Part shown: positions 38,316 through 47,689 of the stretch, in pieces
Position numbering within the stretch: position 1 is the stretch's first letter
How the letters are laid out: each line of letters begins with the position of its first letter
Origin: Leptospiraceae bacterium
Lineage (GTDB): Bacteria; Spirochaetota; Leptospiria; Leptospirales; Leptonemataceae
DNA length: 64,000 bases
Assembly: GCA_040217195.1 (NCBI GenBank)
Contig: JAVJNR010000005.1
Location: 384,001 to 448,000 of the forward strand
Reading direction: 5' to 3'
The notes under the pieces: model-generated
Databases searched by the model: none
What the model was told of the DNA's origin: nothing
What the model saw: the letters and a program-made list of their open reading frames with translations, nothing else
Program-made: the position numbers and the translations under genes

Positions 38316-38718
38316 GGTGCGAGAGGCGCACCAGGAGCTCGCCGCGACGCAGGCTCAGACCTTTCGAACCGTTTTTACCGCCAAACTCCAGGGGATCGAT
38401 AATTTGAATCTGAAATCTGGGAAAAGGGAACCTGAACCCAGCATTAAGAGAATTGTGGGACCTGGCACTCCAACACCCGGGCGTTCGGGAGCCGGTGATA
38501 GTATTGTGCATTCCGGACCGAGATCCGAATGCTAGACCGGCTCCCGGGTTCGCTCAGAGTACTTACCGCTATTTTTTGGTCAAGGCCGGCACACCCCCGG
38601 TGAGACTATATTCGTCCCATGCACAGCCCGACTCTTTCTCCGGTCTGAAAGTGTTACCGGTGTCAGCGTATTCTTGCTCCCCGGGTTGCAGCTCGCAGAA
38701 TCCAGCCTCTTATAGTGA

Positions 38719-40623
38719 TTACTGCCCGGCCTCGACACATCCGAGTCGCTTCAAGTCCTGCACAGTCACAAATCGATCCTTCTCTTCCATGTAGCGATAC
38801 ACCACACATCGCCAGTCCTTCTGCTCAAGCACCGGGTCGCTGGCAATGTTATCGATTACTTTCCTGGAATCTAGAGGTTGCCTCTCCAGGCGAATCCCTC
38901 CATCCGCCAGGGTGTCAAAAATCATCAGATTTCCTTCATTCCCATAGGGACGCCAATCCGGATGTCCATCTAATAGGCCATTGGCCGGCCTTCCTTGATG
39001 AGCGAAGCTGGCCCAGTAGGACATCATAGCATTGGAAACCTGGAGCCTTCCTTCCAGATTTTCATCCGAGAACATGTAGCGATCCGCCGGCCCAAGACGA
39101 AAATGCCCGAACACAAAAGGAATTTCAAATGCATGGGCGGCTCCTAAAAATTGGCCCAGGTCATTGCCCAGTACAGTTGGTTCCTCATCCCATTCGAATC
39201 GGTATCCGTAAACATTCTTATTCACGCTGTGCATGGCGCGGATAGGTTCATGTACTCCGATCACTCTCCAGGCAGCGCTGGAATGCCTTGCAGTAGCATC
39301 ATAGAGTTCTGGCTCGAAAATGTTAATACTTAGATTGAAAAAGCTCCTGCTGGTAAACCGATCGTCCAGAGCCAGATACAGTTTTTGCTCATCCCGGTTT
39401 CCACCAGCAATCACTGGAACGGAACTGGCCGGACCGCCTGCCTGAATCATCGCTTTTAGATTGCCTCGGGGAAAGATTACTCCATCCTGAATGAGAGTTG
39501 GAAAGGAATAGCCAGAAGCTTCTGGATTCTCTCCGTTCAAATTTTGCCGGTACGCATCAATAATTCTACCTGCATTCATTGATCGCAGGAAACTCAGTAT
39601 TTGCTCATCGGACATGGTAGATGCCAGGTTACGGGCTTCTACCTCGTTTTTGGCACGGCCTTCTGCCACCAGAAGCCGCATAAGAACTTCGCCTGTACTG
39701 TTTTCATATCCTCCTTCGCTAGCCGGAAGGGACGCTTCCTGTGTTGTTTTCGGACGAGGATAGGCGCTTTGCATAATGGCTCCCTGAAAGAGCCCTCTGG
39801 CCCGGGGCGATAGAAGCAAGGCCAGAACATTGTTTCCGCCGGCGGATTCACCGAAGATCGTAATTCGAGAGGGATCTCCGCCGAATGAGGAAATATTTGC
39901 GCGAATCCATTTCAGAGCAGCCATTAGATCCAGAACTGCGAAGTTGCCAGAAGCCTCATCCGGATTCCTGGTTTTTTTAAGAGCAGAGTGATAGAACCAG
40001 CCCATGGGTCCCAGACGATAATTCAGGGTAACAACAATCATGTTGTGAGTGCTGGCAAGATTGCCGCCATGATAGTCGGCCCCACTGCCCTGATGGTTCG
40101 CCCCACCATGGATCCATACCATGACCGGTAATCGATTCTTTCCTTTGGGAATTGCATCCGGGGCGAACCTGGGCGCATGAACGTTTAGATAGAGACAGTC
40201 CTCCCCACCGAACAGCTCTCCAGACTCCAGATCAGCCGTGGAATAGGAGCCGGCCAGCTGAAGACACTCGGAAGGCTTTTCAATGGACAGTCTTTCTCCA
40301 GTCCAGGGTTTCGCAGGTACCGGAGCCTTCCATCGAAGGGGCCCCACCGGTGGGCTTGCATAAGGAATTCCATACCATACATGACTGTTATACAGATGCT
40401 TCCCGCCTACCAGTGTTCCCTGCTCCACGGTTCGCATCGCTTCCCGGTCCAGCTCTGCAGGAGGATCATATTTTCCACAGGATAAGACAAAAAAACCGAC
40501 CAGGAAAAAAATGGAAAAATAGAATCTCGAGGCGAAACGATCTTGATACATCCATTGACGGTGCACTTGATCTGCACTCATGGCAAGTGTTTTCCCTGGC
40601 CTTTTCAGTCTCGGACTCCTCAT
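38719..40623 (-). CDS. Type-B carboxylesterase, probable lipoprotein (start probably downstream)
   Basis: GIPYASPPVGPLRWKAP, EDCLYLNV, WIHGG, NYRLG, FGGDP..ITIFGESAGG, GAAHAFEI; FVLSC lipobox. Confidence 0.93.
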   Translation of the reverse strand: MRSPRLKRPGKTLAMSADQVHRQWMYQDRFASRFYFSIFFLVGFFVLSCGKYDPPAELDREAMRTVEQGTLVGGKHLYNSHVWYGIPYASPPVGPLRWKAPVPAKPWTGERLSIEKPSECLQLAGSYSTADLESGELFGGEDCLYLNVHAPRFAPDAIPKGKNRLPVMVWIHGGANHQGSGADYHGGNLASTHNMIVVTLNYRLGPMGWFYHSALKKTRNPDEASGNFAVLDLMAALKWIRANISSFGGDPSRITIFGESAGGNNVLALLLSPRARGLFQGAIMQSAYPRPKTTQEASLPASEGGYENSTGEVLMRLLVAEGRAKNEVEARNLASTMSDEQILSFLRSMNAGRIIDAYRQNLNGENPEASGYSFPTLIQDGVIFPRGNLKAMIQAGGPASSVPVIAGGNRDEQKLYLALDDRFTSRSFFNLSINIFEPELYDATARHSSAAWRVIGVHEPIRAMHSVNKNVYGYRFEWDEEPTVLGNDLGQFLGAAHAFEIPFVFGHFRLGPADRYMFSDENLEGRLQVSNAMMSYWASFAHQGRPANGLLDGHPDWRPYGNEGNLMIFDTLADGGIRLERQPLDSRKVIDNIASDPVLEQKDWRCVVYRYMEEKDRFVTVQDLKRLGCVEAGQ

Positions 40624-40698
40624 GTGATACGTAACGTACAGCGATAGTCGAGCTGGTAAGGTATGTGGACCGGCAAGTCTCAGCCGGTCATACTTCCT

Positions 40699-42399
40699 CT
40701 AGGCCACCGGTTCGGCATGCTTGCCTTCTCGGTAGCCTATCTCATGCACATCCAGCTGATGCGTCACCCACTGAAAAAGTTCCTGACCGGTAATCTGTCC
40801 GGGAATCAATACATGGGCAGCACCCATTTCCTTAAGATTCTGAAAATCGTCCGGCTCATCGGCCACCATCACATGGTTGGCCCCTGGATTGATTTCCCGC
40901 AGTCGGGAAAGCAATCTTCGCGTAGTAGTTCCCTTGAGAAATACATCGGAAACCGTAACCAGCATGAGTCGTGCCTCATGGATTCCCAGATGTGTCAGGC
41001 TATCCGGATTGGCTAGATCCCCATACACCCATTTGAATCCACGATTCTCCAGGTCCTTCTGGAAGGCAGGGTTGAAGTCCACCACCATCACACGGGAAAC
41101 CAGTTCAGGGCAGTAACTCTCCAGGCGCTCAAGAAAGGCTCTACCAATGCGATAATACCCCAGAACTACAATGTCCCTGCCAGAGCCGTGTCCACCTCCA
41201 GCATCTGCCGAGGCGGCGGTCTTCTCCTTCATTCCCAGAACACCGAAAAATTTGCCCAGTGCACGGGCTATTGTATCGTTGTAGCGAATGGCATACGTTG
41301 ATATCAGAGATGCAAGGAGCATGGCCGTAAGAACAAAAGCCTGCACATCGTCACTGATATGTGCGAATCCCATTCCAAGAGCAAATATCACGAGGGAGAA
41401 TTCGCTTACCTGGGAAAGATTTACTGCAGTAACCAGGCCATTTCGCAGCCCCAGACCGGAAAAGAAAGCCGTGGGCGCGATTGTCAGAATTCTACTCAGG
41501 AATACTACACCAATAAAGGCCAGAGCCATTCCAACTGTGCCCAGTTCTGGCACCGGCACTTTCATACCCAGGGCCACGAAAAACAGAGTCACAAAAAAGT
41601 CTCGAATACCGGCCAGTTTGGTAATTACGTCGTTTGCATAGGGATAGGCTGCAATGGTAACCCCTGCGATCAAAGATCCCATTTCTATCGAAAGACCTGC
41701 AAAGCTGGCCAGAGCACAGACGGAAAAGCACCAGGCCATGGCTGTGATAAGCACAAGTTCCGGGTTCCGGCTGGCCAGATGAAATATATGCTTCAATACA
41801 AAGCGTGAAACCAGTGCAGCCACTACCACCAGCATTACGGCTCCGCCAAGACTCTTCAGAATGACTGTGGCCTCTGGATTGCTTAAGGAAGGCTGCAGCC
41901 CCATAAACAGAATGGCCCAGAGATCTTGAAGAATTAGAACACCGATGGTAAGTTTACCGGCTGCCGTTTCGATTTCCAGTTTATCATATAGAAGCTTAAC
42001 AACGATTAATGTGGAAGAAAGGGAGCCTGCGATAGCCAGATAGAGCAAATCAAACGGTCCGTCGCCTGCCAGTCCCATGTAATGAAAGGCAGCCATGCCA
42101 ATTCCAATACATCCTCCGAACTGAATGACGCCCAGAATAAAGAGCCTGGGCCCCAGGCCGGCCAGCTCCGGCAAACGAATCTCAAGTCCAATAATGAACA
42201 GAAGCATTACAAGACCCATCTCGGAGATTATCTCAATGCTTTCTTCGCTGTGGACCAGGCCAAAGCCTATGTTGGGTCCAAGAAGAATTCCGCCAGCAAT
42301 GTAGCCAAGTAGCAATGGCTGTCTTACAAGCCGGGCCACATGAGCCAGAACTGCGGCAAAAATGATAGCAAGTCCAATTTCAGGGATTAAATGATGCAC
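40699..42399 (-). CDS. CPA2 cation:proton antiporter (KefB/KefC-like) with TrkA-N domain
   Basis: QPLLLGYIAGGILLGP, LLFIIGLE, LSST.IV.K, LILQD, RDFF..LFFV.LG, SQVSEFS; C-terminal YGD. Confidence 0.92.
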   Translation of the reverse strand: MHHLIPEIGLAIIFAAVLAHVARLVRQPLLLGYIAGGILLGPNIGFGLVHSEESIEIISEMGLVMLLFIIGLEIRLPELAGLGPRLFILGVIQFGGCIGIGMAAFHYMGLAGDGPFDLLYLAIAGSLSSTLIVVKLLYDKLEIETAAGKLTIGVLILQDLWAILFMGLQPSLSNPEATVILKSLGGAVMLVVVAALVSRFVLKHIFHLASRNPELVLITAMAWCFSVCALASFAGLSIEMGSLIAGVTIAAYPYANDVITKLAGIRDFFVTLFFVALGMKVPVPELGTVGMALAFIGVVFLSRILTIAPTAFFSGLGLRNGLVTAVNLSQVSEFSLVIFALGMGFAHISDDVQAFVLTAMLLASLISTYAIRYNDTIARALGKFFGVLGMKEKTAASADAGGGHGSGRDIVVLGYYRIGRAFLERLESYCPELVSRVMVVDFNPAFQKDLENRGFKWVYGDLANPDSLTHLGIHEARLMLVTVSDVFLKGTTTRRLLSRLREINPGANHVMVADEPDDFQNLKEMGAAHVLIPGQITGQELFQWVTHQLDVHEIGYREGKHAEPVA

Positions 42400-42526
42400 G
42401 GTTCCATCCTACTTTATTGTATTTCGGCGCCCGGGGGCCCGGTGGTTGCGCCACTTTATTTCGCAGCCTCAACCTGTGCAGAATCCATTATCCTTAAACA
42501 TGCTCACGGAGAGATCTCCGTTAGCT

Positions 42527-43108
42527 TTACTTCAAGAAAGTCTGTTTATAAAGATCAATGGATTCAAAAATAATGCGTTCTGCGTCCTGTCTGCCGTTGA
42601 ATTTCTCAACGGTAACTTTACGATTCTCTTTTTCCAATTTCTTGTAATCCAAAAAGAAGCGCTCCAGTTCCTTCAGTCGATGGGGAGCCAGTTCTTCCAG
42701 TTCATTGTAATGATTGTATTCCGGATCGTTCAAATGAACGGCGATAATCTTATCGTCCCTTTCCTGGTTATCCACCATGGTCATTACACCAATGGCTCTG
42801 CATTTCATAATAGTTCTAGGAAATACACTTTCCTGGCCCAGAATCAAAACATCCAGGGGGTCATTGTCATCGCAGTATGTGCGCGGTATGAATCCGTAAT
42901 TTGCAGGATAATGCACGGCAGAATGAAGTACGCGGTCCACCATGATGAATCCGCTTTCTTTGTGCATTTCGTATTTATATTTCGAGCCCTTGGGAATCTC
43001 TACAAAACTCCAGAATCCTTCCAGCGGGCCAATATCGATTAAATGCCATGCCGTTCGTTCCAGATGCTCCTGGAAGGGCCATTTTGTTATGCTTTTGGAT
43101 TCAGACAT
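42527..43108 (-). CDS. ppa: Family I inorganic pyrophosphatase
   Basis: [47 protein letters not shown]. Confidence 0.97.
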   Translation of the reverse strand: MSESKSITKWPFQEHLERTAWHLIDIGPLEGFWSFVEIPKGSKYKYEMHKESGFIMVDRVLHSAVHYPANYGFIPRTYCDDNDPLDVLILGQESVFPRTIMKCRAIGVMTMVDNQERDDKIIAVHLNDPEYNHYNELEELAPHRLKELERFFLDYKKLEKENRKVTVEKFNGRQDAERIIFESIDLYKQTFLK

Positions 43109-43194
43109 GAACGGATCTTAAGCGACCCCATCCGGGGGTCATTCGATTTTTTGACGTCAGTATGCAACAGTGCCTCTGTCCAATGTCTACAGCC

Positions 43195-44124
43195 TTACAC
43201 CGGCTCAGCGTTTCGAATCGCCTCTTCGATTTCTTTGAGCTGAGTAGAAATACGTGCATCGATGGAGCCCACATCTGTTTCGATAATACATCCACCGCGA
43301 TCTACTCTGGAATCTTCGTAAATGTTTACTTTTCTCAGGGATTCCATCATCTTAATAAGTTCATCTTTGTGTGCAGTGGTTAGTTCCAGGTCCGAGAAGT
43401 TCACTCGAATATTCACTCGGTCCCGGTCTTTGATTCTACGTAGCGCTTCTCGGATGTTGTTCAAAACGACTTCCTTACGTTCTACAACCTCATCTTTGAT
43501 TACCTTGCGAGCAATCATCAGAATCATATCCACCATCTGTTTTTCTGAGGCGGCGATAATATCTTCTCGAACGTCAATGGCCTGGCCAACAATCGTTCCC
43601 AGTCGGTCGATTAATCGTCGAACCTCGCTCTGACCTTTTTTGAAACCTACTTCCCGGCCCGCATCATAGCCCTTCTGATAGGCCTCGTGTTCGATTTCGG
43701 CCACGCGCATCTCAGCCTCTTTGATCATCCGCTCTACTTCAATCTTGGCTCTTTCAACGATCTGCTCAGCATTTACGCGAGCTGCCTCTTCTTCGCGCTT
43801 GGCCTTTTCTTTGGATTCTTGAATCAAGTTAAAGGCTACAGCCTTGCCTTCTTCTTCAATGTTCTTGGCTTTGTCGTGGGCATCCTCCAGACTCTGCCGA
43901 ATCTCCTCTTCGGTTTCCTTTCTGTACCGTTCCAGCTCCGCCTCGATCTCTTCGATGGTCGGGCCATGGTACTGCTCGATTACATTACCTTCTGCATCTA
44001 CCTCGTATTCATCCACATCCTCAATGCCCTGGAATTTCTTATACCGGTCGGGCAGTTCAATGGAAACGGAGTCCTGAAGTAGAGCGATTTGCTCCGGTTT
44101 GAATACAAGCTTGTTTGAGGCCAT
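43195..44124 (-). CDS. fliH: Flagellar assembly protein FliH (spirochaete type)
   Basis: N-terminal K.VFK, coiled coil, AYQKGYDAGREVGFKKG glycine repeat, IARKVI, IRVN..D, GGCIIETDVGSIDARISTQL. Confidence 0.93.
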   Translation of the reverse strand: MASNKLVFKPEQIALLQDSVSIELPDRYKKFQGIEDVDEYEVDAEGNVIEQYHGPTIEEIEAELERYRKETEEEIRQSLEDAHDKAKNIEEEGKAVAFNLIQESKEKAKREEEAARVNAEQIVERAKIEVERMIKEAEMRVAEIEHEAYQKGYDAGREVGFKKGQSEVRRLIDRLGTIVGQAIDVREDIIAASEKQMVDMILMIARKVIKDEVVERKEVVLNNIREALRRIKDRDRVNIRVNFSDLELTTAHKDELIKMMESLRKVNIYEDSRVDRGGCIIETDVGSIDARISTQLKEIEEAIRNAEPV

Positions 44125-44139
44125 AGTCTTCTGCTTTCT

Positions 44140-44147
44140 ATATCGGC
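44140..44147 (-). promoter_or_regulatory. Possible sigma28 (FliA) -10 element upstream of fliH
   Basis: GCCGATAT on the - strand ends 15 nt before the fliH ATG; no good TAAA -35 element. Confidence 0.35.
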
Positions 44148-44512
44148 AAGTTCTGCAGTACAGAAAAAAACGGAATTCCGGGCTTTCAGGCAGATTTTTT
44201 CCGAGTAAGCGGTCCCGAATTCTATTCTAGCCCGATTTCGGCTCCGCTGAAATCTTCTCTCCGGTAATTCCGGGCGCTACCAGAGGTTCATTTCCGTTTT
44301 TGCCCTGGCTTCCTTGCCACGCTCATTCTGCCCAGAATAGAGATTGGAAACCGTTTTTCGGAGAAGCGGAACCCGGGTTGGTCGAGATCGGCCATCTGGT
44401 TTTTGTCAGGGGACTTGCCCGACCGCAACCTCTTTGCCCGGAGGACCACAGGAAACCTTCTCTAGACTCCAATGTTGATTGGCACTGTACAGGCTTTACG
44501 CGGAATGTCATT

Positions 44513-45307
44513 ATGCCATCCGAGCTTCTCCAGGAAGATCAACCCCTGCCTCAGGGCGGTACCATCCGAGTCTGGACCCTGAATCGACCGGAACAAAGAA
44601 ATGCAATAAGCCAGAATCTTCTGGCTGAAATGGAAGGCGCACTGAGCGGCCTCAATCCGGACCAGGGAATTAGAGGACTGATTATCCAGGGCTCCGGTCC
44701 TGCATTCTGTGCTGGTGCAGATCTGAAAGAAAGAGCATCCATGAGTCGGGAAGATGTAGATTCCTTTCTAAACCGAATGGGACGCCTGTTCCGTCAGATC
44801 GAAACCCTGAGCGTGCCCACAGTGGCAGCCATCAATGGTTTCTGCTTCGGAGGAGGCCTGGAGATGGCCCTATGCGCCGATTTCCGCATGGCCACCAGAG
44901 ATGCCATAATGGGACTGACGGAAGTCTCTCTGGGAATCATTCCTGGCGCCGGTGGAACGCAAAGACTACCCAGAATTGTAGGCAGGGCTATTGCCACCGA
45001 AATGATACTTTCCGCGGAACGCATCTCAGCAGAAACAGCACTCAGTCAGAGATTGATTCGAGAAATTGCAGACGATGCAGACGATCTTAAGCGCGCCGCC
45101 TCGCAATGGATGCAGAAGGTATGCGAGAATGCTCCTCTAAGCATTGTGCTGGCAAGACAGGCCATTGAAAAGGGAATGGAGATGTCTCTGGAGGATGGAC
45201 TGAAACTGGAACGCCAGCTGTATGAACAAACCCTGGAAACCGAAGACCGACTGGAAGCATTAAAAGCATTCCAGGAGAAACGGAAGCCTAATTTTAAAGG
45301 TAGATGA
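44513..45307 (+). CDS. Enoyl-CoA hydratase/isomerase (crotonase) family, methylglutaconyl-CoA hydratase-like
   Basis: LNRPEQRNAIS, AFCAGADLKER, GGGLEMAL.AD, TEVSLGIIPGAGGTQRLPR, EKRKPNFKGR. Start corrected to ATG 44513. Confidence 0.92.
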   Translation: MPSELLQEDQPLPQGGTIRVWTLNRPEQRNAISQNLLAEMEGALSGLNPDQGIRGLIIQGSGPAFCAGADLKERASMSREDVDSFLNRMGRLFRQIETLSVPTVAAINGFCFGGGLEMALCADFRMATRDAIMGLTEVSLGIIPGAGGTQRLPRIVGRAIATEMILSAERISAETALSQRLIREIADDADDLKRAASQWMQKVCENAPLSIVLARQAIEKGMEMSLEDGLKLERQLYEQTLETEDRLEALKAFQEKRKPNFKGR

Positions 45308-45308
45308 A

Positions 45309-45830
45309 ATGATCTTAACAGGACCTGAAATCAAAAGACGACTGGGAAGCGATATCAAAATCGATCCCTATGAAGAAAGCCGTGTGAATCCCAATTCATA
45401 CAATCTTCGCCTTCACGATGAGCTCATGGTGTACACCGAGCCTCCGCTGGATATGAAGAAGGCAAACCCGACCGAAAAAATAATTATGCCCGAGGATGGC
45501 TATCTTCTGCAACCTGGCAGACTCTATCTGGGACGAACCCTGGAGTATACAGAAACACATAATCTGGTGCCAATGCTGGAAGGACGCTCCAGCATTGGAA
45601 GGCTGGGAATGTTTGTGCATGTTACGGCTGGTTTCGGAGACGTGGGCTTCTGTGGATTCTGGACTCTGGAAATCAGTACCATTCATCCAATCCGAATCTA
45701 TCCGGGCATTGGAATTTGCCAGATCTTCTATCATACGATTGAAGGAGATATAAAAGAGTACGATTCCGGAAAGTATCAGAAGAATAAGGGAATCCAGCCT
45801 AGCTTGCTTTACAGGGAGTTCGAAAAATAG
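45309..45830 (+). CDS. dcd: dCTP deaminase
   Basis: MILTG, NPNSYNLRL, EGRSSIGRLG, TAGFGDVGF.G.WTLEI, ICQI, GKYQ. Confidence 0.95.
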   Translation: MILTGPEIKRRLGSDIKIDPYEESRVNPNSYNLRLHDELMVYTEPPLDMKKANPTEKIIMPEDGYLLQPGRLYLGRTLEYTETHNLVPMLEGRSSIGRLGMFVHVTAGFGDVGFCGFWTLEISTIHPIRIYPGIGICQIFYHTIEGDIKEYDSGKYQKNKGIQPSLLYREFEK

Positions 45831-45869
45831 GTCTCTTGACATCCATCAGGCCGATACACGAGTATTACC

Positions 45870-46280
45870 ATGCCCCGCAGGATCTTTCGCCGAACCTTTA
45901 ACATTTATATATTCTGGATTGCATTGCCTTTTATTCTGGCTGGCGGTCTACTGGCTGCCTACCCCACACCGGTGATGCCCTACGTACTGGATGTTCCCAT
46001 CGAGGAGCTAACACCGGTGTTCTTTCTTGCAGTTCGGGTCCTGGGGGCCACTCTGTTCTATTGCGGCATCACTCTGTTTGTGATGCGCCGGGAACCCACA
46101 AGGCTCATCGATCTGGCCTTCTGGCAGGGCATATTATGTCTGACCCTGGCCGGTTTTTCCGGTGTTAGCCCATTCTGGTTCAAAACCAGCTACTGGGTCT
46201 GGATAGGTACCGGTTATCTTCTAATTGCCGGTTTTTTTCTACTTACCTTTTCTACGAGAAACCTTCTGGTTAGAGAATAG
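45870..46280 (+). CDS. Four-TM hypothetical membrane protein
   Basis: Four hydrophobic segments; fills the gap between dcd and cysE. Confidence 0.75.
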   Translation: MPRRIFRRTFNIYIFWIALPFILAGGLLAAYPTPVMPYVLDVPIEELTPVFFLAVRVLGATLFYCGITLFVMRREPTRLIDLAFWQGILCLTLAGFSGVSPFWFKTSYWVWIGTGYLLIAGFFLLTFSTRNLLVRE

Positions 46281-46291
46281 GAATCTATTGC

Positions 46292-46963
46292 ATGAAGTTT
46301 CGGATCATCGACGACGTACGGGCCATTATTCGTAATGATCCGGCCTGCAGAGGTTTACAGTTTCTGCTGTACCCTTGCTTCCATTCCATGCTCTTCCATC
46401 GATTTCTCTGCCATCCACTTTACAGAATGCATCTGTTCTTTCTGGCCCGTTTTTTCTCCCAGGTTTCCAGAATTCTCACTGGCATGGAAGTCCATCCGGG
46501 TGCCCAGATCCAGGGAGGATTCTTCTGTGACCATGGTATGGCTGTGGTCATCGGAGAGACCGCTGTAATCGGAAAGAACTGTGTAATGTATCATGGTGTG
46601 ACCCTGGGCGGCACAGGCAAGCATCAGAGAAAGAGGCATCCTTCCGTTGGCGAGGATGTGTTTATTGGCACCCACAGTACATTGCTGGGGCCCATTCACA
46701 TTGGTGATGGGGCAAAAATCGGTGCTGAAAGTGTAATCATTAATCGCGATGTGCCTGCTCACTGTACAGTGGTTGGCACTCCGGGCAAAATTGTAAAACG
46801 GGGCAACCGAAGGGTTGATCCGGCCGAACCATTGCCTCTATCTGAGTACAGGATTCGAGAGGTAGAAGAGGAGAATCGGCAAATGGCCGAGGAAGACCAG
46901 ACTGAGAGGGCCGATCGGCCGTCCAGGGATGTACCCTCTTCCGGAGTGCTGAAGAAAACTTGA
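46292..46963 (+). CDS. cysE: Serine O-acetyltransferase
   Basis: DPA, TGMEVHPGA.I..FFCDHG.AVVIGETA.IG, GVTLGGTGK..KRHP, TVVG.PG. Confidence 0.95.
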   Translation: MKFRIIDDVRAIIRNDPACRGLQFLLYPCFHSMLFHRFLCHPLYRMHLFFLARFFSQVSRILTGMEVHPGAQIQGGFFCDHGMAVVIGETAVIGKNCVMYHGVTLGGTGKHQRKRHPSVGEDVFIGTHSTLLGPIHIGDGAKIGAESVIINRDVPAHCTVVGTPGKIVKRGNRRVDPAEPLPLSEYRIREVEEENRQMAEEDQTERADRPSRDVPSSGVLKKT

Positions 46964-46993
46964 CCCATCCCGCCCAGGCCTTATCCTGTAACT

Positions 46994-47689
46994 ATGCTGG
47001 ACTTCGTTAAAGGAGACTCCCAGGCCCCGACGGGCAATCTGATCGCTTTTTGCCAGGTAATTGGTAAGAATCCCTTTGAAAGCGACGGTTCCATTATTGC
47101 TATCCATGTGGTGGTGAGCAATATTTCGGCGCGGGAAAACAGTTTTCCGGTGGTGGTATTCCCCCCTGTTTCCCTGAAAAACGAGCCCGAGCTTTCCAGA
47201 GTCATTTCTTTCCAGGGGAAATGCGATGTGGTTCGTCTGGAGGATTTTAAGATCCCCTCCGAGCAGCAAGAACAGGAATATATGAATGATAGACTGGAGC
47301 AGTTCAACGATCTGGTTCGGGACTATGTGGACCTCTATCAGAGATACCATGAAAAAATCGCTCCCAGGTTAAGCGAAGAAATCAAGCTTCTAACCGGCCC
47401 TACAGTGATTCGTAGTGAACTGACGGAAGGGGAGCAGGCCACCCTGGAAAAACTACAGGAACTGCTGAAAACCGGGGCCGGGCCTGTGGATTTCACTCCG
47501 GTCATAAGACACATAGAAAAGAATTTCCCACAGTACGATATACAAAACTTCGAGAAGAATATCCATCAGGATCAGACTGAAATTGCATCTCTGTACATTA
47601 AGAAATTCTTCGCCATCCATGAAGAAAGATACGAAGCCGCAGCTCTGTTCCAGGCTCGTATCATGCAAATGGAATCCGCCCGGTCATGA
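46994..47689 (+). CDS. Hypothetical protein with C-terminal UVR (UvrB/UvrC)-like motif
   Basis: 231-aa ORF with ATGA coupling to the next gene; C-terminus FAIHEERYEAAALFQARIMQME. Confidence 0.7.
   Translation: MLDFVKGDSQAPTGNLIAFCQVIGKNPFESDGSIIAIHVVVSNISARENSFPVVVFPPVSLKNEPELSRVISFQGKCDVVRLEDFKIPSEQQEQEYMNDRLEQFNDLVRDYVDLYQRYHEKIAPRLSEEIKLLTGPTVIRSELTEGEQATLEKLQELLKTGAGPVDFTPVIRHIEKNFPQYDIQNFEKNIHQDQTEIASLYIKKFFAIHEERYEAAALFQARIMQMESARS

Noticed and set aside
35877..38718. Genomic island integrated at tRNA-Met
   Set aside because: No integrase and no duplicated tRNA 3' end found downstream.
44479..44495. Sigma54-like TTGGCAC-N-GGCT upstream of the enoyl-CoA hydratase
   Set aside because: GG-N10-GC spacing fits, but the -12 lacks TTGC and the leader would be very short.
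44300..44512. 71-aa N-terminal extension of the enoyl-CoA hydratase
   Set aside because: TTG start and no homology pattern; the domain begins after ATG 44513.
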